A stretch of 64,000 nucleotides of DNA from an uncultured Candidatus Sumerlaeota bacterium (lineage in GTDB: Bacteria; CAYMEV01). The translations under genes were made by a program, and so were the position numbers. Of the stretch, positions 40,301 through 50,676 are shown in pieces; the stretch's first letter is position 1; the number at the start of each line of letters is the position of its first letter. The notes beneath the pieces were generated by a model. It was not told where the DNA came from, did not search any database, and saw only the letters and a program-made list of their open reading frames with translations. The stretch lies in assembly GCA_964389675.1 (NCBI GenBank), contig CAYMEV010000001.1, positions 156,539 to 220,538 of the forward strand, read 5' to 3'.

Positions 40301-41525
40301 ATTTTTTCAGGACAAGACAGGTGTTTGTGCCTCCGAAACCGAAGCTGTTATTCAGCGCATACCTCATTCTTTTTTCAATCCCCGTATCCGGGGTATAATC
40401 AAGGTCACACTGGGGATCTGGCTCATTCAGGTTAATGGTGGGCAGTATAAAGTCATTTTCCAGGCACATGGCCGTAAATGCCGTTTCAACACCCCCTGCA
40501 GCTCCCAGCAGATGGCCGATCATGGATTTATTGGAGGATATCCTGACTCCGGTATCATTCCCAAAAACTCTCTTTATTGCCTTCGTCTCGGTTATATCGT
40601 TGAGATAGGTTGATGTGCCATGAGCATTAATATAGTCAATGTCCCCAGGGCTGATTGAAGCATCTCTAATGGCATTATCCATGCAGTTGGCTGCCCCCTC
40701 TCCATCTTCCGACGGTGCTGTTATATGGAATGCATCACTGGTCATCCCGAACCCCGTGATCTCAGCATAGATGTGGGCATTGCGCTTTTTTGCAGATTCA
40801 AGCTCCTCAAGCACCAGTATGCCTGAGCCTTCAGAAACAACAAAACCGTTCCTGTCTTTGTCAAAAGGCCTTGAAGCTTCTTTGGGCCGGTCATTCCTTG
40901 TTGATAAAGCCCTGAGTTTTGAAAATCCGCTTATTCCGAGCTTTGTTATTGATGATTCAGCTCCGCCGCATACCATAATATCTGCCTTATCATTCCGTAT
41001 AAGGTCAAAAGCAAGCCCGACAGAATGATTTCCTGCCGCGCATGCAGTGCACGGGCTCATGCTGGGCCCTTTCAGTTTGAACTCTATGGAGACCATTCCT
41101 GCTACAAGGTTTATAAGCATTGAGGGTATAAAATACGGTTTTATGCTCCTGAATCCGTTGTTCAGCAGGTTTATATGCTCCCTCTCAATTGTATTTATCC
41201 CTCCGATCCCTGAGCCTATAATAGTTCCTGCCCTTTTTGAAAGTTCAGGAGTAATTTCAAGCCCTGAATCAGCCATTGCCTCCCTTGAAGCGACTATGCC
41301 CAGCTGAAGGAACCTGTCAAGCCTTTCAGCCTCCCTTACCCCGAATATCTCAGCCGGATCAAAGTCCTTAACCATTCCAGCAATCTTTACAGGCAGATCT
41401 GAGGTGTCAAAAGTGTCTATCAGTGCAATACCTGATTCACCATTGGCCACCCTTGCCCAGTTCTTTTCCCTGCCGGACCCTAATGGTGTGATCAGCCCTA
41501 TTCCGGTAATAGCTACCCTTCTCAA
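40287..41525 (-). CDS. fabF: 3-oxoacyl-ACP synthase II
   Basis: TACAAG, SRPFD, INAHGTST, GHLLGAAG and NSFGFGGTN. Confidence 0.95.
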   Translation of the reverse strand: MRRVAITGIGLITPLGSGREKNWARVANGESGIALIDTFDTSDLPVKIAGMVKDFDPAEIFGVREAERLDRFLQLGIVASREAMADSGLEITPELSKRAGTIIGSGIGGINTIEREHINLLNNGFRSIKPYFIPSMLINLVAGMVSIEFKLKGPSMSPCTACAAGNHSVGLAFDLIRNDKADIMVCGGAESSITKLGISGFSKLRALSTRNDRPKEASRPFDKDRNGFVVSEGSGILVLEELESAKKRNAHIYAEITGFGMTSDAFHITAPSEDGEGAANCMDNAIRDASISPGDIDYINAHGTSTYLNDITETKAIKRVFGNDTGVRISSNKSMIGHLLGAAGGVETAFTAMCLENDFILPTINLNEPDPQCDLDYTPDTGIEKRMRYALNNSFGFGGTNTCLVLKKYADD

Positions 41526-41529
41526 TGAA

Positions 41530-41769
41530 TCAACTCACCTTCTTCTGTATAAAAGAGATCGCGTCACCCACGCTGGAGATCGACAGTATCTCCTTGTCGT
41601 CTATCTGCAGGCCCATATCGGAAAACTCCTCCTGAACTGCATCTATGAAATCATAGATGTCGATCGAATCAAACTGCAGATCAACCTTAAAAGATGCATT
41701 TTCCTTTATCTTTTCCGGATTGACGTTCAAGTTTTCCAGAACCTTATAAACTCTTTCTTTGATATCCAT
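41530..41769 (-). CDS. acpP: Acyl carrier protein
   Basis: 79-aa acidic protein with DL.FDSID (phosphopantetheine Ser), between fabG and fabF. Confidence 0.85.
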   Translation of the reverse strand: MDIKERVYKVLENLNVNPEKIKENASFKVDLQFDSIDIYDFIDAVQEEFSDMGLQIDDKEILSISSVGDAISFIQKKVS

Positions 41770-41797
41770 ATTAAATCCCTCCTGAAATATTTATTTT

Positions 41798-42523
41798 TTA
41801 ATTCATGTAAAGGCCGCCGTCAATACTTATAACATCACCTGTAATATATGAACTGATATCCTGAGACAGGAAGAATATCAGGGAAGCGACCTCTGACGGC
41901 TTTCCTGTTCTTTTTAAGGGTATCCTGCTTACTATGGACTCGATGATATTCTCCTCCATATTTTCTGTCATTCTGGTTTTGATAAGGCCGGGCGCTACGG
42001 TATTACATGTGATATTCCAGGGAGCAAGTTCCTTGGCAAGCGACATTGTAAAGCCGATAATACCCGCCTTGGATGCAGCATAGTTGGTCTGGCCGATATT
42101 TCCAGCCTTCCCGGAAACAGAGGAGATATTTATTATTCTTCCCCACCTTTTTTTCATCATAGGCCTGACAAATGCCTTTACAACCCTGTAAAATCCGTTG
42201 AGGTTTGTATCAATTACATCAGTCCATTTCTTTTCGGTCATTCCAAGAATAAAGCTGTCAGCTGATATACCCGAAACATTGACTATAATATCGGGATAAC
42301 CGAATTCTTCAACTGATCTGTAAAGATCTCTTATGCTTTCTGCATCTGTTATATCAAGCCGGCCATAGAAAATATCCTTATCTTCCCTGTCTTTAAACCT
42401 TTCCTTCAGCTTATCAATATCCCTTCCTGTTGCAATGACCCTGTAGGAAGAGGAGGTGAAACAACAGGCCGTCTCAAACCCTATATCAGATGTAGCTCCT
42501 GCTATTAGAGCCGTTCTTGTCAA
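41798..42523 (-). CDS. fabG: 3-oxoacyl-ACP reductase
   Basis: GRIINISS, GQTNYAASKAG, VAPGLIKT and ITG..I..DGG; probable TTG start at 42523 after AAGGAG. Confidence 0.88.
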   Translation of the reverse strand: MTRTALIAGATSDIGFETACCFTSSSYRVIATGRDIDKLKERFKDREDKDIFYGRLDITDAESIRDLYRSVEEFGYPDIIVNVSGISADSFILGMTEKKWTDVIDTNLNGFYRVVKAFVRPMMKKRWGRIINISSVSGKAGNIGQTNYAASKAGIIGFTMSLAKELAPWNITCNTVAPGLIKTRMTENMEENIIESIVSRIPLKRTGKPSEVASLIFFLSQDISSYITGDVISIDGGLYMN

Positions 42524-42527
42524 AAGA

Positions 42528-42722
42528 TTATTTCTCCTTACTGGTCTCAACTACCTTTTCATTGTTATAATGCCCGCAATATGGGCATACCCTGTGAGAA
42601 GGGATATACTCCATGCAATCCTTATTTGAGCACTGTGTCAGAACAACAGGCTTTATAGATGCATTCATGGACCTTCTCAATCTTGTCTTGCTTTTTGATT
42701 TCTTTCTCTTTGGCAGAGCCAT
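42528..42722 (-). CDS. rpmF: 50S ribosomal protein L32
   Basis: MALPKRKKSKSKTRLRR...C...C...HRVCPYCGHY. Confidence 0.93.
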   Translation of the reverse strand: MALPKRKKSKSKTRLRRSMNASIKPVVLTQCSNKDCMEYIPSHRVCPYCGHYNNEKVVETSKEK

Positions 42723-42734
42723 CAGCTTACTCCT

Positions 42735-43247
42735 TTACTTCATTTTTAGTGCTTCCCATCTAGGGTCAATATTCTCCTTAATACAGCCGCATTCTGCCTT
42801 GTTGAGATCAGTACCGCAGAAAGGGCACAAGCCTTTGCAGGCTGTATTACATAATGCCTTTGCAGGCAATGATATAATGACCTGTTCATTGACAAAATCA
42901 TCCAGGTCAAGTATTAAATCCTCAAGATAATAATTATCAAGCTCATTTTCTTCCAGATCGAGGTTGCCTTTGTTTCCCTCAAGGGATTTATCAAAGAGAT
43001 ATACCCTTTCATTCCTGTCAATGTTCAGTTCAATCCTCTTAAGGCATCTTGCGCAGTCGGTTTCCGCATTAAAGGATATATTGAAATCCATGACAAAGCA
43101 ACCCTTGACCTTATTAATGCTCGCTTTAAGGTTGACATCCGTAAGCATCCTGAAAAGAAAGTCTTTCAGGTCAAAGCCCCCTCCTGGAAAAACTTCCCGT
43201 AATTCTACGGGAAACACTCCATAATCATTAAGATCTATTTTACTCAT
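42735..43247 (-). CDS. yceD: YceD/DUF177 family protein
   Basis: CARCL, LP.K.LC...CKGLCPFCG..N...C.C and DPRW..L; upstream of rpmF. Confidence 0.9.
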   Translation of the reverse strand: MSKIDLNDYGVFPVELREVFPGGGFDLKDFLFRMLTDVNLKASINKVKGCFVMDFNISFNAETDCARCLKRIELNIDRNERVYLFDKSLEGNKGNLDLEENELDNYYLEDLILDLDDFVNEQVIISLPAKALCNTACKGLCPFCGTDLNKAECGCIKENIDPRWEALKMK

Positions 43248-43473
43248 ATAAAATGGCCTATACTTAATTACCTTTGTATATTTTGAAAAAATGCAAAAAT
43301 GTCAAGCATTTTCTAATTAAATATGCAGTTCAGGTATTCTATTATATTTTTTCATGATTACAATAAATATAATTTGAAAATATAAGCAATGAAGATATAT
43401 TATATTATTGCCTGGATAAAATAAGGCTGGCTTCATCCTGCAGGAAAGGAGAATCGGCAGTAATTGCCGGATT

Positions 43474-44118
43474 ATGTTTGAAAATCTTAAATTCAGATTA
43501 AGGACAATGTTCATCACAGGCATAGCAGTGCTTTTTCCTGTTGTTATCACCCTGTATATAGGGTACTTTCTTTATAATATAATTACCAGAATTACCAGCC
43601 CTGTCGTACGCTATATTCTGAATAATATACTTGGGCTGGGCGGATATGACTACATAGCTCCTTTATTCGGCTTTGCCCTGGTCATTATGGTTATTTTCGG
43701 CGTTGGTTTCCTGGCAACAAATTACTTCGGCAAGAAAATAATTCAACTGGGTGAGAACATTCTCCTGAGAATTCCACTCTTAAACGGGATCTTTTCTTCA
43801 GCTAAACAGTTCCTAAGTGCACTTTCCATCTCGAACAAGAAGGGTTTTTCAAAGGTGGTTCTCATTGAGTATCCCAGAAAGGGGATATATACAATAGGTT
43901 TTCTTACTACATCTGCTGAAAAGATACTCAGGGATATTGATAATATTGATGAATCAGAACTGGTTTACGTTTTTATACCTACGACTCCTAACCCGACATC
44001 CGGCTGGCTGGCCCTGGTAAAGAGAAATGATATCATATATATTGACCTGAAGATCGAAGATGCTGTTAAACTAATAATATCAGGGGGGCTCGTCCATCCC
44101 GAGGAGCTGGATACTTAA
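43474..44118 (+). CDS. DUF502 family membrane protein
   Basis: FITG, RIP, VVLIEYPRKG, FIPTTPNPTSG and ISGG. Confidence 0.88.
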   Translation: MFENLKFRLRTMFITGIAVLFPVVITLYIGYFLYNIITRITSPVVRYILNNILGLGGYDYIAPLFGFALVIMVIFGVGFLATNYFGKKIIQLGENILLRIPLLNGIFSSAKQFLSALSISNKKGFSKVVLIEYPRKGIYTIGFLTTSAEKILRDIDNIDESELVYVFIPTTPNPTSGWLALVKRNDIIYIDLKIEDAVKLIISGGLVHPEELDT

Positions 44119-44143
44119 AACAGGAACAGATAATGCGGATATA

Positions 44144-45490
44144 CTATTGCAGAAGTATAAGCCTTGCTATATTAAAATAGATTATCAATCCAACTGCATC
44201 GACCATTGTTGTCAGAAGCGGGCTGCTTACCACTGCCGGGTCAAAATTCAGTTTTGTAAGAATTATAGGGAGTATACAGCCTGCAACATTCGTCCAGAAC
44301 ACTATGGCAACCATAGAAATAGCAAGTACTAATCCGATCTCAGGCCCTCCCCTCCAGACAAAGCTTCTTAAAAAAAGGATGATTCCCAGGCTTATGCCGA
44401 GAAGAGCCCCGATGACAAGTTCCCTTTTAACGACCTGGAACCATTTTTTTACGGTAAGCTCCCCGAGGCTTATTGCACGTATGACGAGAGTGGCCGATTG
44501 CGTAGCGGTATTTCCACCACTGTCGATCAGTATTGGAATAAATATAGTAAGTGTTATGAATTTTGAAATAAGCTCCTCAAAATGGGAAATTACCCCCGAG
44601 GATAGGAAGTCAGCAACCAGAAGAAGGACAAGCCAGCCGATCCTTTTCCTGTAAAGCACAAAGGGTGATGTTGACATATAGCCAAGCTCAAGAGGGCTTA
44701 CAGCTGCCTCTTTCTGGAAGTCCTCCGTAGCTTCCTCATCCATGACATCAATGATATCATCGATTGTCACTATACCGATCAGAACGCCTTCTGAATCAAT
44801 TACCGGCAGGGCTACAAGGTCATATCTCTTCATCATCTCAGCACCCTCATCCTGATCATCAAAAGCAGACCCGGCGATAAAGCTGTAATCCATGACCGAT
44901 TCAATAGTATGCTCCGGATTACCCAATATTATGCGCCTTATCGGTATTTCATCCAGAAGCTTTGATTCATCATCTGTTACATAGAGCATATTAATAGTTT
45001 CGCTGTCTTTGCCATATTTCCTTATATACTCAAGGGCATTACGCAATGTAAAGTAGGGCCTTACAGATATATAATCAGGGGTCATCAGCCTGCCGAGGCT
45101 GTTTTCCGGGTAGCCGAGGAGAAAAAGGGCTTCTTTCCTCTCTTCTGAAGGCAGGAGGTCCATCAGTTTTTGAGTGACCTGAGCAGGCAGTTCCTCAAAG
45201 ATCTCAGTCCTGTCATCAGGGCTTATTTCCAGTACCAGCTCCTTAAGCTGCTGGCTCTTGATCTGAGTCAGGATATGCTCCTGGTCATCGCTTTCAAGTT
45301 CGACAAAAACCCTGGCTGCCTGCTTCCTCGGCAGAAGACGGTACAGGATTATCATCTCATCCTCTGGAAGGTCAGCCAGCAGGTCTGCAATATCAACAGC
45401 CTGCCAGTCAGAGAAGAGTTCTTTTATCTTTTTCCAGTCCTTGTTCCCGATCAGGTCTTTAATCTCTGGTTTCAGTATATCCCCGAGCAT
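44144..45490 (-). CDS. mgtE: Magnesium transporter MgtE
   Basis: MgtE N-domain, CBS pair (GRLMT; GIVTIDD), DSGGNTATQS and DPAVVSSPLLTT.VD. Confidence 0.93.
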   Translation of the reverse strand: MLGDILKPEIKDLIGNKDWKKIKELFSDWQAVDIADLLADLPEDEMIILYRLLPRKQAARVFVELESDDQEHILTQIKSQQLKELVLEISPDDRTEIFEELPAQVTQKLMDLLPSEERKEALFLLGYPENSLGRLMTPDYISVRPYFTLRNALEYIRKYGKDSETINMLYVTDDESKLLDEIPIRRIILGNPEHTIESVMDYSFIAGSAFDDQDEGAEMMKRYDLVALPVIDSEGVLIGIVTIDDIIDVMDEEATEDFQKEAAVSPLELGYMSTSPFVLYRKRIGWLVLLLVADFLSSGVISHFEELISKFITLTIFIPILIDSGGNTATQSATLVIRAISLGELTVKKWFQVVKRELVIGALLGISLGIILFLRSFVWRGGPEIGLVLAISMVAIVFWTNVAGCILPIILTKLNFDPAVVSSPLLTTMVDAVGLIIYFNIARLILLQ

Positions 45491-45537
45491 ACATCATCCT
45501 CTAAGGTCAAATGTCTAATGTTACCTCATTTCAAAGC

Positions 45538-45846
45538 CTAATCAACAGATTTATTTACAGGGTATACAGTCTCATCGAAAAACTGGATATTGAAATCTTC
45601 CCTCAGTATAGTCTCATAATAGATCTCTTTATCATTATCAAACAGGAGCTTACGGTATTCAAGGCTTTCATTTTCCTTAACAAGCTCGTCCCTTACGCTT
45701 TCAAGATACTGCATATCTTCCTGCTGTTTATTGATTTTCATCTTTATCTCATCTGAAATATCCTGATGAAGGCTTAAAAGGTAAATTAAAACAGCAACAG
45801 CGAAAACTGCAAAGAATATCTCTCTTGCAAGGCTGTTCTTTTTCAT
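45538..45846 (-). CDS. FtsB/DivIC-like septum formation protein
   Basis: Short N-terminus, single transmembrane helix, coiled coil and E..LRE; immediately downstream of eno. Confidence 0.6.
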   Translation of the reverse strand: MKKNSLAREIFFAVFAVAVLIYLLSLHQDISDEIKMKINKQQEDMQYLESVRDELVKENESLEYRKLLFDNDKEIYYETILREDFNIQFFDETVYPVNKSVD

Positions 45847-47117
45847 TATCTTCTTTTTCCGAACAGGGCTGATTCTCCAAGCATTTCCTCGATCCTGAGA
45901 AGCTCATTATACTTGCTGAGCCTGTCAGACCTGTTTGGTGCCCCTGTCTTAATAAAGCCGCAGTTTGTAGCCACTGCGAGGTGAGCAATATAGTTATCCT
46001 CAGTCTCCCCGCTTCTATGCGAGACGACAGTTTTATAACCGTTATTCATGGCAAATTCCATAGCATCCAGTGTTTCTGTTACAGTTCCTATCTGATTAAG
46101 CTTTATAAGGACTGCATTGGCTATATCAGGCACGGCCTTCTGTATTATGCTCCTGTTGGTTACAAATATATCATCTCCGACTATCATTATCTTGTCCTTA
46201 AGCTGGGATGTCATCATCCTCCAGCCGTCCCAGTCATCCTCAGCAAGCCCGTCCTCAATACTTATAACCGGATAATCTGCAATAATATCAGCCCAGTATG
46301 CTATCATCTCACTGGAATCAAGTGCCTTTGATTCTGCCTTTAAATTGTATTTTCCTTCAGCATAAAACTCTGATGCTGCAGGATCCATTGCGATCGCTAT
46401 CTCTGCTCCCGGCTGGAATCCGGCGCTCTTAATTGCTTCAACGAGCAGATCCAGTGCTTCAAGGTTGCTTTTAAGCATAGGGGCAAATCCGCCTTCATCC
46501 CCGTACCCGCTGCTTAAGCCCTTCCTGGAAAGAATCCTTCTTAATGCATAGAAGGTCTCAGCCCCATATCTCAATGCTTCAGCAAAATTGGAAGCACCCA
46601 GCGGAACTACCATAAATTCCTGTATATCAAGATTATTTGCTGCATGTGCCCCGCCATTAATGACATTAAGCATAGGGACAGGAAGCAGCCTGGAATTAGG
46701 CGAACCCAGATACCTGAAAAGTGGCAGCCTGCATTCCTCTGCAGATGCTTTTGCAGCTGCAAGGCTTGTTCCCAGTATTGCATTGGCACCTAAGTTTGTT
46801 TTATTCGGTGTTCCGTCAAGGTCAATAAGAAGCCTGTCAATTTCCGTCTGCAGAGTGCTCTCAAATCCTATAAGCTCATTTGCAATATGGGTATTGACAT
46901 TTTCAACTGCCTTGAGCACACCCTTGCCGTTATACCTGTTTTCATCCTTATCCCGCAGTTCACAAGCCTCTCTTGTCCCTGTTGATGCCCCCGAGGGTAC
47001 TGATGCTCGCCCGATAATCTCCCCGAAGTCAGAATCGATTGTGACCTCCACTTCCACTGTTGGATATCCTCTTGAATCCAGGATTTCCCTTCCGAAAATA
47101 TCAATTATTTCTCCCAT
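45846..47117 (-). CDS. eno: Enolase
   Basis: [38 protein letters not shown] and SHRSGETED. Confidence 0.97.
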   Translation of the reverse strand: MGEIIDIFGREILDSRGYPTVEVEVTIDSDFGEIIGRASVPSGASTGTREACELRDKDENRYNGKGVLKAVENVNTHIANELIGFESTLQTEIDRLLIDLDGTPNKTNLGANAILGTSLAAAKASAEECRLPLFRYLGSPNSRLLPVPMLNVINGGAHAANNLDIQEFMVVPLGASNFAEALRYGAETFYALRRILSRKGLSSGYGDEGGFAPMLKSNLEALDLLVEAIKSAGFQPGAEIAIAMDPAASEFYAEGKYNLKAESKALDSSEMIAYWADIIADYPVISIEDGLAEDDWDGWRMMTSQLKDKIMIVGDDIFVTNRSIIQKAVPDIANAVLIKLNQIGTVTETLDAMEFAMNNGYKTVVSHRSGETEDNYIAHLAVATNCGFIKTGAPNRSDRLSKYNELLRIEEMLGESALFGKRR

Positions 47118-47270
47118 TTTGATCCTCCTTGGAATTTTTTATATTTGTTCTGGATTTTACATCAAAAAAATAATATTTCAATCAATTAATTTTTATTTTT
47201 TCTGGGATAATTGCATGGTAGAATGATAATATATATCATATATGCTATAAGAAAGAAGGTATAATTTCAT

Positions 47271-47885
47271 ATGTATGAGATCCTGAAAGATATTTTTTCC
47301 GGCTGGCATGATTCCGATCCTGAGGCCAGGAAGAGAATAAAGGGCAAAATCCATGATAAATACAGCAGAGAGCTTTCTATAATGTTCTCTGACATTGCTG
47401 ACTTCTCATATAAAACAAGAGCAATAGGGACAGTGGAGTTTCTCAGCCAGCTTGACCTGGTTTACTCAATAGCCAGAAAACACACCAGGAAAAACAAAGG
47501 CAGGATTATAAGGACCATAGGGGATAATCTTTTCTTTGCTTTTGATGGCCCGCTTGAATCACTTAAGACAGCTGTCAGCATACAGAAGGAACTGGCCAGG
47601 GAAAATGAGGGAAAAGATGACCCGCTTCAGAAAATCCAGGTATGTTTCGGAATAACTTACGGACAATGCCTTGATTTCAAAAGGGAGATCTACGGCGACT
47701 GTGTTAATATGGCATCCAAGCTTGCCGAAGATATTGCTGACAGTAACGATATACTTTTAGGCGAAAAGGCCTTTTCAATGATAAAGGGGCATCTGCAGGA
47801 TATCCCCGCAGTCATGGAAAATACTGTCATATCTGATATTCCTCTCTGTTATTACAGGCTTGTCAGCCTGCCGGACATGCTTTGA
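47271..47885 (+). CDS. Stand-alone class III nucleotide cyclase domain protein
   Basis: MFSDIADFS and TIGDN (both metal-binding Asp), GITYG and YGDCVNMASKL. Confidence 0.75.
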   Translation: MYEILKDIFSGWHDSDPEARKRIKGKIHDKYSRELSIMFSDIADFSYKTRAIGTVEFLSQLDLVYSIARKHTRKNKGRIIRTIGDNLFFAFDGPLESLKTAVSIQKELARENEGKDDPLQKIQVCFGITYGQCLDFKREIYGDCVNMASKLAEDIADSNDILLGEKAFSMIKGHLQDIPAVMENTVISDIPLCYYRLVSLPDML

Positions 47886-47971
47886 TCAGCCGGAAAAGCT
47901 TATTTTTTATTGATTAATTCACTCTTTTGAATACCCTGTAATTAAACTATATTTATTAAAAGGAGTTATAG

Positions 47972-49000
47972 ATGCTTGATTTTCTTAACAAAATCCTGGA
48001 ATTTCCAAGTATATCTGGTAATGAAGAATATTTTATAAAGGAATGGTCAGGGCTTATTGGGGGTTTGTGCGACAGGACATGGGTCGATAATTTCGGCAAC
48101 TGCATTTCAGCTGTGAATGAAAAAGCTGAAAAAAGCATTCTTATAAACGCTCACTGCGATGAAATTGGACTTATGGCAACAAAAATCAATGACAACGGGA
48201 CAATAAAATTCAAGGCTCTGGGAACTCATGATGCTGCAGTCCTGTACGGACAAAGGGTCAAGATCCTCGGGAAAAGACAGGTAACCGGCCTTATACAGCT
48301 TCAGAGGAAGCTTGAAAAAAAGGACAGTGAAATAAAGATGGAAGACCTTCTGATCGATATAGGCTCAGATTCAGGCAGTGAAACCCGTAAACTGGTTGAT
48401 ATTGGCAGCTATATCCAGCTTGCAAGCATCCCTGAGACCCTGCAGGACGGCAAGATCATGGCAAATGGCCTGGACGATAAGGCAGGGCTTGCTGTATTGT
48501 ATTTTCTTATGAAGAATATTAATAAGGAAATGCTGCCTTCCCTCTGCATATATTTTGCTGCAACCCTCAGGGAGGAGATAAATTCAGGAGGAGCCGTTAC
48601 ATTGGCTTCAGATCTAATGCCGGATTATTCACTCTCCATAGATGTAACAGAAACAAATGATACAACAGAAACAAAAAGCAATGACTGTGCTCTAAGCCTT
48701 GGCAAAGGCCCTGCAATCCTAAGATGCCCCATACTGGACCGCAGGCTGGAAAATATTCTCATAAGGTCAGCAGAGAATATCAGCATAAAGGTACAGTATG
48801 AAGCTTCTCCCTATTTATCCTTTACGGATGCTGATGCAATACACAAGGTAAGAAAGGGGGTCCCGAGCACAGTACTGTCCATACCCGTCAGGTATATACA
48901 TACATCAAATGAGGTGATCAGCTTAAATGACCTTGAAAACACTGCAAAACTGACAATGGAATTCCTCAGGGAGCTTGACAGGTCAGTCAGCTCTAAATAG
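47972..49000 (+). CDS. M42 family metallo-aminopeptidase
   Basis: ISGNE, AHCDEIG, LDDKAG, REE, IDVT, LGKGP and RYIH. Confidence 0.87.
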   Translation: MLDFLNKILEFPSISGNEEYFIKEWSGLIGGLCDRTWVDNFGNCISAVNEKAEKSILINAHCDEIGLMATKINDNGTIKFKALGTHDAAVLYGQRVKILGKRQVTGLIQLQRKLEKKDSEIKMEDLLIDIGSDSGSETRKLVDIGSYIQLASIPETLQDGKIMANGLDDKAGLAVLYFLMKNINKEMLPSLCIYFAATLREEINSGGAVTLASDLMPDYSLSIDVTETNDTTETKSNDCALSLGKGPAILRCPILDRRLENILIRSAENISIKVQYEASPYLSFTDADAIHKVRKGVPSTVLSIPVRYIHTSNEVISLNDLENTAKLTMEFLRELDRSVSSK

Positions 49001-49097
49001 CATTCCCTGGAGTTCTAGATTAATTTTTTCAGCTGTTTAAGCCAGGCCCGGACTGTCATAAATTATCTTGTATAAAATTTTTTTTATAGTAGTTTTA

Positions 49098-49790
49098 ATG
49101 AGTGGGTGGCAAGGATTGAAAGAACTCTATTTTACAGATGAAAATATCCGGCGCATATCAGAAGATATCCTGTCCCGCCTTAGCATCTACAGGAGAAAGC
49201 ATGACCTGTTCAGGCTGGACCCGGAAAGGACAGCACTGCTGGTGATAGATATGCAGGAGTGGTTCCTGGACAGCAGTCTTAATAGCTATATACCCTCAGC
49301 CAGTACGGTTAAAAAGAATATCATCAGGCTTATAAGGCTCTTTGAAAGGGAAAAGCTGAATATAATCTATACCAGGCATATAAATACCCCCCGGGATGCA
49401 AAGATGATATCCAGATGGTGGAAGAGCATAATCACAGAAGATAATGTTCATTCCTGCATCTCAGATGGCCTGCTTGCAGAGGACCCTGTCATAATAGAGA
49501 AAACCCAGTATGATGCATTTTACGGTACAGGCCTGGAAGATCACCTGAATGCATCGGGAATAAGCCAGCTGGTAATTACAGGTTTAATGACCAATGTCTG
49601 CTGTGATGCAACTGCAAGGTCCGGTTTTGCAAGGGGCTTTGAGGTGTTCATGGTCGTTGACGGGATGGCAGCCCACAGTTATGACCTTCATTTTTCGTCC
49701 CTGCTGAGCCTTTCTCACTGCTGTGCTGTCCCAATAAATACAGAAAATATAATAAATCTAATAAATACAGGAAATAGCGGAAATGATTGA
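49098..49790 (+). CDS. Isochorismatase-family (cysteine) hydrolase
   Basis: ALLVIDMQ, EKTQYDAFYGT and GLMTNVCCDATAR (Asp-Lys-Cys triad); start uncertain (49068, 49098 or 49116). Confidence 0.85.
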   Translation: MSGWQGLKELYFTDENIRRISEDILSRLSIYRRKHDLFRLDPERTALLVIDMQEWFLDSSLNSYIPSASTVKKNIIRLIRLFEREKLNIIYTRHINTPRDAKMISRWWKSIITEDNVHSCISDGLLAEDPVIIEKTQYDAFYGTGLEDHLNASGISQLVITGLMTNVCCDATARSGFARGFEVFMVVDGMAAHSYDLHFSSLLSLSHCCAVPINTENIINLINTGNSGND

Positions 49791-50676
49791 TATTATAATC
49801 ATAGGGTGCGGCCCGGCCGGTATGTCCGCAGCATTACAGCTGAAAAGATACGGATATTCCTTTGAGGTCTTTGAAAAAAGCCAGATAGGCGGGCTGGTAA
49901 AGAATGCAAACCTGATCGAGAACTACCCGGGTTTTCCTCACGGGATAAGGGGAACAGAGCTCATACAGCTTTTTGCTGAACAATGCAGGATTAACGATAT
50001 CAAGCCGGTCTATGAAAAAGTGACAGACCTTGATTACCTCGATGACCTGTTCTATATAAAGACCAAACAGAACTATTTCAGGTCAGCATACGCAGTAATT
50101 GCAACAGGAACAGAGCCAAGGAAGCTTAATCTGCCTAATACTGAAAATATGAATGGCAGGAATATCTTTTATGACATTTATGAGATCATGCAGGTTAAAG
50201 ACAAGAATATAGCAATAATAGGATCAGGGGATATTGCATTTGATTATGCACTGAACCTTTCGGATAATAATACGGTTACAGTCTTCAACAGGAGCCAGGC
50301 TCCGAAATGTATCCCGATACTCTGGGAACGGGCAAAGAAAAAGGAAAACCTGATCTACCTGAACAGATCCAACCTTATTAATATATTCCCAACGGAATCT
50401 GACAGAATAAAGCTGGAGTATTACTCCAATGATGAACATGCAGTAAAGGAGGGCTTTTTCGATTATGTAATACCTGCAATCGGAAGACAGCCGGCAAATA
50501 ATTTCATATCGGAAAGGATATATAAAAATCAGAACATGCTTATTAAGAACGGAAGGCTCTTCTTTATTGGAGACTTCAATAATGACATATGCAGGCAGGT
50601 AGCTATATCAGCGGGAGACGGAATAAAGACGGCCATGCTGTTAAAAAGCAGGATTGAGAGCACAAAAAGGGACTGA
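49783..50676 (+). CDS. Thioredoxin-reductase-like FAD/NAD(P)H oxidoreductase lacking CxxC
   Basis: IIGCGPAG, IENYPGF, IATG, IIGSGDIAFD, FIGD and RQVAISAGDG. Confidence 0.8.
   Translation: MIDIIIIGCGPAGMSAALQLKRYGYSFEVFEKSQIGGLVKNANLIENYPGFPHGIRGTELIQLFAEQCRINDIKPVYEKVTDLDYLDDLFYIKTKQNYFRSAYAVIATGTEPRKLNLPNTENMNGRNIFYDIYEIMQVKDKNIAIIGSGDIAFDYALNLSDNNTVTVFNRSQAPKCIPILWERAKKKENLIYLNRSNLINIFPTESDRIKLEYYSNDEHAVKEGFFDYVIPAIGRQPANNFISERIYKNQNMLIKNGRLFFIGDFNNDICRQVAISAGDGIKTAMLLKSRIESTKRD

Noticed and set aside
46588-47226. 212-aa plus-strand ORF and similar short antisense ORFs throughout the track
   Set aside because: They lie opposite well-supported genes (here eno) and have no recognisable motifs.
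47271-47885. Pycsar/CBASS anti-phage system
   Set aside because: No adjacent cNMP-binding TM or TIR effector; the neighbours are eno and an M42 peptidase.
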